A stretch of DNA of 35,808 bases from Dehalococcoidia bacterium (GTDB lineage Bacteria > Chloroflexota > Dehalococcoidia > SZUA-161): positions 1 to 35,808 of the forward strand of contig DATKWL010000025.1 in the NCBI GenBank assembly GCA_035529555.1, in the 5' to 3' direction. Of this stretch, positions 29,362 through 35,808 are shown one piece after another (within the stretch, counting starts at the first letter, position 1; every line of letters begins with the position of its first letter). The notes under the pieces were generated by a model, which was not told where the DNA came from, made no database searches, and saw only the letters and a program-made list of their open reading frames with translations. The translations under genes and the position numbers were made by a program.

Positions 29362-29993
29362 TGGCAAAAAATTACACACGCAACAATAAAAACAATCATC
29401 GATGGACTGAGGACGAAACTCTAATTGTGCGCCGTGACTACAAGGGCGACAAAGCTTCCACGCAGGCGATTGCCGACGGCTTGGGCGTCAGCTTCTATGC
29501 AGTCAAGGGCCAAGTATCGAAGATGGGGATAACCTTCCAGGACAGGCAGTACTGGACCAAGAGGGAAGAGGAACGGCTAAGAGAGTTGATGCCGCGATAT
29601 GCCCCCACCCGGGTTGCCAAGATAATGCACAGGTGCCTTAACTCCGTAGTGCTCAAGTCTAAAAGGTTGGGGATATCCAGGAGGACCCGATACGGCTGGT
29701 TCACCAAGCAAGAGGTGTGCGAGATCCTGGGTGTAGACCACAAGTGGCTACAGAAGCGGATTGATTCAGGGTCGTTGAAGGCAAGATACCATTATCCCTA
29801 TCATAAGCCTGGGAAGTTGGGCATGGCTTCATGGGAGATAGACGAAAAAGACCTGGTGCGGTACATACGCCGCTACCCGCAGGACCTCATGGGGCGCAAC
29901 GTCGATATTATACAGATAGTAGAGATGCTGGCTGGATTGCTTAATCACGTCGCCCCTGATAATGAACCCGATTATTATTTAGAAGGGAGGTGA
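29361..29993 (+). CDS. DNA-binding protein with two SANT/Myb-like repeats plus an HTH (210 aa)
   Basis: The start overlaps the upstream stop (TGATG). Repeats are HRWTEDETLIVRR..IADGLGVSFYAVKGQVSKMGI and QYWTKREEERLRE..VAKIMHRCLNSVVLKSKRLGI, followed by WFTKQEVCEILGVDHKWLQKRI. Confidence 0.65.
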   Translation: MAKNYTRNNKNNHRWTEDETLIVRRDYKGDKASTQAIADGLGVSFYAVKGQVSKMGITFQDRQYWTKREEERLRELMPRYAPTRVAKIMHRCLNSVVLKSKRLGISRRTRYGWFTKQEVCEILGVDHKWLQKRIDSGSLKARYHYPYHKPGKLGMASWEIDEKDLVRYIRRYPQDLMGRNVDIIQIVEMLAGLLNHVAPDNEPDYYLEGR

Positions 29994-29998
29994 TACAG

Positions 29999-30604
29999 AT
30001 GGGAGACTACCTGAAACTCAAGAATGGCGACAGTATCAAAATTGGTACCTGTGGCGATAACCAATATATGAGGCATGACGAGGCCCTGCGGTTCTGGCAC
30101 CTGGATGTGAGCGATCAGATGACGGGAAACCTTAAATATCTCGATGCACTGTGGAGATTCCCTTATCCCCAGGAGGACCATGCAACCCTGGAGGACATCT
30201 GCCGTAGGAGTATGTTCTATACCACTACATTCACGGTGCCTAAAGAATGTCTATCGCAAGACCATGACGAGATTTGTGTCCATGTGCAGGCCCAGAATGA
30301 TAATGGCTGGGGAATCAACCGGCTCATCCCCTGTCCGCTTTCCAAGGATGATAAGGTCTATGGGGCGAATGTTGCCTCACCCATAGTGCAGATATATGGA
30401 GAGCGTTACGATAGCGAGGGGCATCCCAGGACAATCTTTCGCTGTGGGTACTGTGGCAAACCCTTCTCGTTAGGACAGGATGAGATCGAGGCGTATCGAC
30501 AGGCTTTTATTAAATACCATACCAGATATGTAGCTGGCGAGAACATCTGCCCCGACTGGGCAGTAGAAACGGCGGCGAGATTTAGTGCCGCAAATGAAGA
30601 GTAA
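29999..30604 (+). CDS. Hypothetical protein (201 aa)
   Basis: GGGAGGTG lies 6 nt upstream of ATG 29999. One CGYCG zinc-knuckle-like element. Confidence 0.65.
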   Translation: MGDYLKLKNGDSIKIGTCGDNQYMRHDEALRFWHLDVSDQMTGNLKYLDALWRFPYPQEDHATLEDICRRSMFYTTTFTVPKECLSQDHDEICVHVQAQNDNGWGINRLIPCPLSKDDKVYGANVASPIVQIYGERYDSEGHPRTIFRCGYCGKPFSLGQDEIEAYRQAFIKYHTRYVAGENICPDWAVETAARFSAANEE

Positions 30605-30629
30605 TGACAAAAAGGTAGGGAGGTGAAGT

Positions 30630-30926
30630 ATGTACATACGCGTAACTCTGATGGAGGGCAATGCCCAGCTCAGAACAGAGTTGGACTTCGCCCGGGCCCA
30701 GGAGGAGATGAAGCGCGTCCTGGGATTCAGAGGAGAAGTGTTCTCGGGGCATATGCAGGAACAGTCCTGCTCACTGCTTATTCAAACAAACGACAAATGG
30801 CATATATCCGAGGAGCAGAAATTAGGGTACCTGGAGGAATGGATTAATGCCAGGGTTCGTAGCAGCTATGTTGTGGCGAAGGTTGAGAAGGAGAAGCGAT
30901 GTCAGCCGGCAAGAAGCAAGTGCTGA
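30630..30926 (+). CDS. Hypothetical protein (98 aa), last gene of the plus-strand operon
   Basis: GGGAGGTG lies 5 nt upstream of the ATG. Confidence 0.6.
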   Translation: MYIRVTLMEGNAQLRTELDFARAQEEMKRVLGFRGEVFSGHMQEQSCSLLIQTNDKWHISEEQKLGYLEEWINARVRSSYVVAKVEKEKRCQPARSKC

Positions 30927-30958
30927 ACAGAATCAGGGAGCTCGAGGGCAGTGCTTTT

Positions 30959-31843
30959 TTACTGGGCTGATATCCTGAACCAGACCCTCAGATTCTCGTC
31001 AGTGAGGCTGTACTCGTTTCCCGCACCCCAGCCCTGACTTTGGTACCACATTCGCTCGATGGAGCCTAGAAAGTCATCTTCGCTGCCGATGAGAGATGCG
31101 ATTATCTGCCCCAGAAATCCACTGAACAGAGACTCGATGCCCATCCCCGCACCGCCGGTCACAGCAGTCAGGGCGGCTGAACCCAGGGACTGGGTAACCA
31201 GAGCTTCAAAGTCGCTACTGTCTTTCTCATAGGCAACAATGTACAACCTGAGATAACTACCGACCTCAGGGAACGATATGGTCTCATACACTGCCTTTGT
31301 TTGATTGCGCTCGATGCTGAGATACTCTTCGTCCCGGGAGGGTATACGAATTATACTTTTATTTATCCCATCGTCTGCTGCGATGTGTATATACTGCTCC
31401 GGGGCGCCGCGCAGCCAGGACTCGCCGGTCTCAAACACGCCCACCTGGTAGATGGTGATAGTAATAGTGGGGTTCATCGTTGTGGCACTCGCCGGCACTG
31501 CCTGGGAGCTCTCTCCCGCCGCGTTGAAGGCTGCTGCAGTGTACGTGTAGGGCGTGGCGTAGTTAAGCCCTCTATCCTGGAAAGTATTGACATTGGCGTT
31601 GACAGCCCCGACGGAGGTACCATCCCTGTAGATATTGAATCCCAGTTCATCCGAGGAGTTATCGCTCCACCAGAGACTCACCGCGCTGGAGGATATCGCC
31701 TGGGCGGTCAAATTGGAGGGAACTGCCGGCGGCGAGAGTATCTGAGGGTTTGCCACTGACGGCTGTGAGGCGCTACCGCAGCCTGTACCGAGAATCAGAC
31801 AGAGGGTGATCAATGCGGCTAATAAAATGTTGAGTTTCCCCAT
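30959..31843 (-). CDS. Secreted lipoprotein with a fibronectin type III domain (294 aa)
   Basis: Signal peptide plus lipobox (LILGTGC). The FN3-like segment reads PSNLTAQAISSSAVSLWWSDNSSDELGFNIYRDG...YTYTAAAFNAAGES. GGAGGTG lies upstream of the ATG. Confidence 0.8.
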   Translation of the reverse strand: MGKLNILLAALITLCLILGTGCGSASQPSVANPQILSPPAVPSNLTAQAISSSAVSLWWSDNSSDELGFNIYRDGTSVGAVNANVNTFQDRGLNYATPYTYTAAAFNAAGESSQAVPASATTMNPTITITIYQVGVFETGESWLRGAPEQYIHIAADDGINKSIIRIPSRDEEYLSIERNQTKAVYETISFPEVGSYLRLYIVAYEKDSSDFEALVTQSLGSAALTAVTGGAGMGIESLFSGFLGQIIASLIGSEDDFLGSIERMWYQSQGWGAGNEYSLTDENLRVWFRISAQ

Positions 31844-31886
31844 TCCACACCTCCACCCGAATACTGAAAATTACCCTTTTGGGGTC

Positions 31887-31915
31887 TTGACAATGCGCTT
31901 TCTTTGTATTATTGT
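31887..31915 (+). promoter_or_regulatory. Promoter, TTGACA-N17-TATTGT
   Basis: Consensus -35 box and acceptable -10 box, 37 nt upstream of ATG 31952. Confidence 0.5.
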
Positions 31916-31951
31916 AGCGACACTCTACCAGACAGGGGGTATAAAGTCAAG

Positions 31952-32206
31952 ATGCCAGAACAGAAGATAGTGATCGACCTCAGCAGGGCTTTGATCAAAA
32001 CCTACAAGCTCAGGCCATCAGGAACCAATTCGCCAACGGTGGAATCAGCAATCCCCAGGGAGCCCTTGGAGCGAGAGGCGAGAACCCTGGGGATACCCTT
32101 TGAGGAGTTCATGGAAAGGTACGAGGCTGTCTGGCATTATGACGGCTTCCCGGGGCTATATCTGACCTTCCAGGAGAAGCCCCAGCGCAAAGAATCAGGA
32201 GCTTAG
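31952..32206 (+). CDS. Hypothetical protein (84 aa)
   Basis: I chose the internal ATG of the track ORF because it lies downstream of the predicted promoter. Confidence 0.5.
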   Translation: MPEQKIVIDLSRALIKTYKLRPSGTNSPTVESAIPREPLEREARTLGIPFEEFMERYEAVWHYDGFPGLYLTFQEKPQRKESGA

Positions 32207-32242
32207 TCATGAATTATGAAGGGGAAGCTAAGAAGGAGACCG

Positions 32243-32428
32243 ATGCCTAGGGAGAAAGATTTGTTGAGAGATGTAGAAATACTGGGGCAGGCAGCTTCAG
32301 GGTCTTTTACCATGAACGATGAGTTTAAAGAAGCGTGCAGGAGGGGGCAGGAAGCCATAATTAGACTTTACCGGTTTGATGACCATCCCCCCGTAAAAGA
32401 TGATAGTAAGGAAAAGCGAGGAGGATAG
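32243..32428 (+). CDS. Small hypothetical protein (61 aa)
   Basis: AAGGAG lies 5 nt upstream of ATG 32243 (internal Met of track ORF 32216..32428). Confidence 0.5.
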   Translation: MPREKDLLRDVEILGQAASGSFTMNDEFKEACRRGQEAIIRLYRFDDHPPVKDDSKEKRGG

Positions 32429-32430
32429 AC

Positions 32431-32751
32431 GTGGAGCGTATTGCGAGTCTTACTATTCACGACCTTACTGAAAGGGAGCTCCTAATTCTACGCCACGAAG
32501 TTGATGGCCGAAAGAAGAGCGTCGCCGCTACTTGGCTTCTCTGGTTCTTCTTAGGTGAATTCGGGGCCCATCGCTTTTATCTGGGGCGGATTGGAACTGG
32601 CATTGCCATGCTTCTGACCCTGGGCGGTCTCCTCATTTGGGCTCTCGTGGACGGCTTTCTAGTCCCTGGAATGCTTCGTGCCAATGAGAGAAAAGTCCAA
32701 GTTGAGGTTCTCGGAGAGCTGGCGGCTTTGCGGGAAAGGAAAACGCCGTAG
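32431..32751 (+). CDS. TM2-domain membrane protein (106 aa)
   Basis: GAGGAGGA lies upstream of the GTG start. [39 protein letters not shown] is a typical TM2 signature. Confidence 0.75.
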   Translation: MERIASLTIHDLTERELLILRHEVDGRKKSVAATWLLWFFLGEFGAHRFYLGRIGTGIAMLLTLGGLLIWALVDGFLVPGMLRANERKVQVEVLGELAALRERKTP

Positions 32752-32766
32752 GGCGAGGGGGAAAAG

Positions 32767-33204
32767 ATGAACGCGCGGCAATGGATAGACCCTTGGATAG
32801 ACCCTTTCAAGCGTGAGACGCCACGCCTAACTGAAGAGCAGATGCTAGAGGATATCCTCTGGTACGTTCAGACCCGTGACTGGGTTACGCCTGTAGAGTT
32901 GCGGGGTAGGTACGGAGAGCGGGGAACAGGCGATCACGCGTTAACCTTGGGCACGAACTTAATTGTGTGGACAGGCCTCTCTGAAAGCCTGGTAACCGCC
33001 ATCCTGCGCTTACTTGAAAAAAGGGAAATCCATGCGCATCCGGTATCCTGGTTGACTTACCTGATAGATGGCGGAGGGCTCAAGCTTCCCTTAGCTAAGC
33101 GGCCACCTAAGAGAGGTTATACCAGAGAACATTGGGCGCCGCTTGCTTTTAGAATGGGGCCGCGTTGCGGCCTAAAAGATTGTCCCGGTAATCGGAATTC
33201 ATAG
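32767..33204 (+). CDS. Hypothetical protein (145 aa)
   Basis: ORF track. GGGGGA lies upstream of the ATG. Confidence 0.6.
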   Translation: MNARQWIDPWIDPFKRETPRLTEEQMLEDILWYVQTRDWVTPVELRGRYGERGTGDHALTLGTNLIVWTGLSESLVTAILRLLEKREIHAHPVSWLTYLIDGGGLKLPLAKRPPKRGYTREHWAPLAFRMGPRCGLKDCPGNRNS

Positions 33205-33271
33205 TCTCGCAATACCCCCCCCCTATGAAAAGTTATCACATTTTTCACAGGGGGTGCAGATGTGAGGACTG

Positions 33272-34453
33272 ATGGGTTTAAACGAAATAATTGCTCGCAT
33301 CGGTACTTCCGTGGGATTGACCCCCCGTGAGCGGACCGGCTATAATGATTATCCTCCAAGAACATCCTCACAGGATCAGGCTGGGGTGGAGGCTGCCGGG
33401 GAGGTCGATGTTGGGGAGCCGCGTTTTCACGACATTCTAAGAAAGCTATCCCCCTCCAACCGAAGGCTGATCAGGGAGCTGGCTTTCAAGCTGGCAACGG
33501 CGCAACCGCTCGCAGACCAAGCAACGGACGAATCCTCCAATTTGCAGGAGTTCGTGGATTCCTGGCTCCTGTCCTTGACGGTCAGGGGCAGGAGCCTCAA
33601 GACGATTGCCCTCTACGGGAACTATGTGTGCCGGCTGCTCGAGAAATACCCCAGCCCGACGAGAAACGACCTCCAGGAGCTTCTGGCACAGAGGGCCTTT
33701 ACGGTCGGTGTGCACGCCCAGGGCAATGCCATCAACGCCTACAGGTCGTTCTTCACCTACCTGACCGATAACAATATCATCACCAACAATCCCGCAGCGG
33801 GCCTGAAATCGCCCTCCAGACCCTTGCGGGAGCGGAATATTCCCCCCGCGAGCGACATAGCCCGGCTGCTGACGGCCCCCATGTTAAACGACAGGGACCG
33901 TGCCATAATCCGGACGCTGTCCTCATGCGGCCTCAGAATCGGGGAATTACTATCCCTCAAGCGCTCCGACGACGTAGACCTGGAGAAAATGAGGCTCCGG
34001 GTTATCGGAAAGGGCAACAAGCAGCGCTCCGTGCCCATGACCGAGGAGACGGCAGCCTGTATCCAGCGCTACCTGATCACCGCCCCACCCTCAGTATGGC
34101 TCTTTCCCGGCAATGACCCCACCAGACCATACAGCGAAAGCGGGCTGGATAACCGGTTTGCTTCCCTCTGTAAGAAGGCAAAGGTTAAGCCAATAAAACC
34201 GCACCAGCTCAGGCATTACCTCGCCAGCTATCTGCTCAAAAAGGGCGTAAATCTGAAGGTGGTGTCCCAGATCCTGGGACATGCCAGCCCCTCAGTCACC
34301 GCCAATGTCTACTGGCACCTGCTCGATGAGTCGGAAAGGGAAAAGGCATATTACCAGGCCAAACCGCTCCAGGATGTGGATGAGGAAATAATGATGAGAA
34401 GCGCTGTAGCTCAACTGAGCTTTGAGTTCGATATCGAGCCTGAGGAAGTGTAG
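33272..34453 (+). CDS. int: Tyrosine integrase with a long N-terminal arm/SAM-like region (393 aa)
   Basis: Signatures CGLRIGELLSL (Arg), GKGNKQR (Lys), HQLRHY (HxxR) and LGHASPSVTANVYWH (His..Tyr). The N-terminal core-binding-like segment reads LKTIALYGNYVCRLLEKY. Confidence 0.9.
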   Translation: MGLNEIIARIGTSVGLTPRERTGYNDYPPRTSSQDQAGVEAAGEVDVGEPRFHDILRKLSPSNRRLIRELAFKLATAQPLADQATDESSNLQEFVDSWLLSLTVRGRSLKTIALYGNYVCRLLEKYPSPTRNDLQELLAQRAFTVGVHAQGNAINAYRSFFTYLTDNNIITNNPAAGLKSPSRPLRERNIPPASDIARLLTAPMLNDRDRAIIRTLSSCGLRIGELLSLKRSDDVDLEKMRLRVIGKGNKQRSVPMTEETAACIQRYLITAPPSVWLFPGNDPTRPYSESGLDNRFASLCKKAKVKPIKPHQLRHYLASYLLKKGVNLKVVSQILGHASPSVTANVYWHLLDESEREKAYYQAKPLQDVDEEIMMRSAVAQLSFEFDIEPEEV

Positions 34454-34455
34454 AC

Positions 34456-34737
34456 ATGCTCATAACAGTGACACAGGATGGGAAGGTAGTTGCGGAGCTG
34501 ACAGGCAGCAACGCCATCGTCGTAGTCATGAATGCCGATGGCGGCGGGAATAGCGCTTTCTTCGATGAAAAGGAGAGCCTGGCCAGGGCCTGCATGATAC
34601 TGGCACTTTGTGTCTTATCCCAGGAGGTAAGGACTAAGTACCAGGACCTGCTGGGATATCTCACCTATGCGCTGCATCTGATGCCGCCTTCGGGGCGCTG
34701 CCCCAGGGTGCTGGCCGAGCCGCCATCGCCGAACTAA
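34456..34737 (+). CDS. Hypothetical protein (93 aa)
   Basis: The ATG lies 2 nt after the integrase stop. Confidence 0.5.
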   Translation: MLITVTQDGKVVAELTGSNAIVVVMNADGGGNSAFFDEKESLARACMILALCVLSQEVRTKYQDLLGYLTYALHLMPPSGRCPRVLAEPPSPN

Positions 34738-34755
34738 TAGGGAGGTGCTGAGATT

Positions 34756-35031
34756 ATGTCAAAAATAAAGCTCGGAATATTCTTGGAAGTGGACGATAAG
34801 GGCAAAGAAACTGGTAGATTTCAAGTGGCCGAAACAAAAAATGAATGTGTCTGGGATACTTTCCCCACAGAAGAAAAAGCAATCGCGTACATGAAGAAGG
34901 AGCAAACAAAGTTAGATAGGAATGAAGCAATAAGAAAAGATTATTTGAATTGGGAACCTAGTATTATGCGTACACATCATATCAGTAGACAAGAGCTTCG
35001 GCATTTTCTTGTTAATGACGTGTGTATTTAA
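34756..35031 (+). CDS. Hypothetical protein (91 aa), distinctly low GC
   Basis: GGGAGGTG lies upstream of the ATG. The composition is AT-rich compared with its neighbours. Confidence 0.55.
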   Translation: MSKIKLGIFLEVDDKGKETGRFQVAETKNECVWDTFPTEEKAIAYMKKEQTKLDRNEAIRKDYLNWEPSIMRTHHISRQELRHFLVNDVCI

Positions 35032-35073
35032 CATAAATCTTGCACTTGGCTCGAACTAAGGAAGGGGGTGAAA

Positions 35074-35382
35074 ATGTACGACAGATATCAACATTGGTCA
35101 ACACCAGATGTAAGGATTCCACTGTGTCCTGCACGGTCTCGCAGTATTGAAGACCAGGTTCTAAAAGACTTAGCTGCAGCAAAGGATGATATGGAAAAAG
35201 TCGAAATACTTGATAGCTATGCAGCATATGCTGAGCGAGTCTACCGTGGAAATGTTGCAAGTGCACTTGCCCAACAAGCTGGAGACGTCTTTAGCTCATT
35301 TTTGGTTCAATATCTAATGTCCCAATTGCCATCCGTATTTCCGCCTCATCGGGGAGGGATGGCAAGACAGACGGAACAATAG
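35074..35382 (+). CDS. Hypothetical protein (102 aa)
   Basis: GGGGGTG lies 4 nt upstream of ATG 35074 (the track starts at GTG 35068). Confidence 0.55.
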   Translation: MYDRYQHWSTPDVRIPLCPARSRSIEDQVLKDLAAAKDDMEKVEILDSYAAYAERVYRGNVASALAQQAGDVFSSFLVQYLMSQLPSVFPPHRGGMARQTEQ

Positions 35383-35420
35383 GGGGCTTGTAGCTGGAAG
35401 CAAGGGAGAGCCCAATAATT

Positions 35421-35750
35421 ATGTGCAGGTGTTTAAAAAAGATGTTATCAGAGTTATTGAAGTTTTTACACAAGCTTCCCACTTGGAAAAGTCCCCCGGC
35501 CGATACGGGAAAGCGAGCTGAAGTGGGGAAGCAGCCCCGCAAAGCTCCTCTACCTGGGAGGTTAATCAGTACCTGGACAGGGTTGCCTAACGCCCCTAAA
35601 TATCAGCCGTGTCCGGAGTGTAACCGCTCGTGCAGAAGGGCAAAAAAGACAGCTCGCGCAGCTACCTACGTGTGTAAGGGGTGCAAGATCACAGGGGGCG
35701 ACGTTACGTTTGAGGTAAGTTTCGAGCGCAGACGGGGCAAGAGGCGGTGA
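35421..35750 (+). CDS. Basic protein with C-terminal zinc ribbon (109 aa); start uncertain
   Basis: CPECNRSC...CKGCK near the C-terminus. The SD is weak. An alternative ATG lies at 35442. Confidence 0.45.
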   Translation: MCRCLKKMLSELLKFLHKLPTWKSPPADTGKRAEVGKQPRKAPLPGRLISTWTGLPNAPKYQPCPECNRSCRRAKKTARAATYVCKGCKITGGDVTFEVSFERRRGKRR

Positions 35751-35786
35751 GCCAGAACCTTAAATTCTTTGAACAGGAGGTGTCTT

Positions 35787-35808
35787 ATGAGTCTACCAAC
35801 ACAAGCAG
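35787..35808 (+). CDS. Start of another gene (runs off the window)
   Basis: AGGAGGTG lies 6 nt upstream of ATG 35787. Only 7 codons are visible. Confidence 0.3.

Noticed and set aside
24395-29379. Long minus-strand ORFs in the track (24395..24883, 25250..25870, 26555..27190, 27682..28191, 28756..29379 and others).
   Set aside because: They run antisense to plus-strand genes that have strong SDs and recognisable motifs (JAB, ThiF, clamp). Their translations are Ser/Arg/Ala/Pro-rich with no SD, which is typical of shadow ORFs in GC-rich coding DNA.
30899-30970. A 23-codon ORF (MSAGKKQVLNRIRELEGSAFLLG) overlapping the end of 30630..30926.
   Set aside because: It is too short, lies in the convergent gene junction, and has no independent evidence.

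Overview
This 35.8-kb window looks like part of a virus-like mobile element (phage, prophage or phage-plasmid) from a bacterium. GC is mid-50s % by eye. Shine-Dalgarno sites are near-consensus GGAGGTG, several intergenic regions carry TTGACA-N16/17-TAnnnT promoters, and there are intrinsic terminators. I saw no rRNA, tRNA or CRISPR.

Layout:
1. 1-14.2 kb, minus strand. One tight operon of virion-type genes ends in a >1100-aa modular beta-helix tail-fibre gene that runs off the window start. The operon also holds tandem paralogues, membrane-anchored proteins, a transglutaminase-like protein and a SAM methyltransferase. It is interrupted by two promoter-plus-terminator modules and a 147-bp tandem hairpin array.
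2. 14.2-19.8 kb. This is a regulatory and integration hub. It has a divergent promoter pair with a TGTAGTG operator array, a thioredoxin-fold protein next to a ferredoxin:thioredoxin-reductase-like protein, and a short tyrosine recombinase that appears leaderless. It also holds a low-GC two-gene island in which one ORF is bracketed by 30-bp inverted repeats.
3. 19.8-30.9 kb, plus strand. A long operon of small, mostly zinc-ribbon proteins contains one reading frame split by an in-frame TGA. It also carries a complete ubiquitin-like conjugation cassette (Ubl, E2-like, JAB, ThiF/E1; PRTRC type), followed by a DnaN-like sliding clamp and an Arg-rich triple zinc-ribbon protein.
4. 30.9-35.8 kb. 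A lipoprotein moron, a TM2 protein, a second tyrosine integrase and low-GC cargo.

The strongest candidate for an undescribed system is the virus-borne Ubl/E2/JAB/E1 cassette, whose Ubl carries a C-terminal Cys/His extension. Functional calls come from motifs I can read in the translations; no database search was run.
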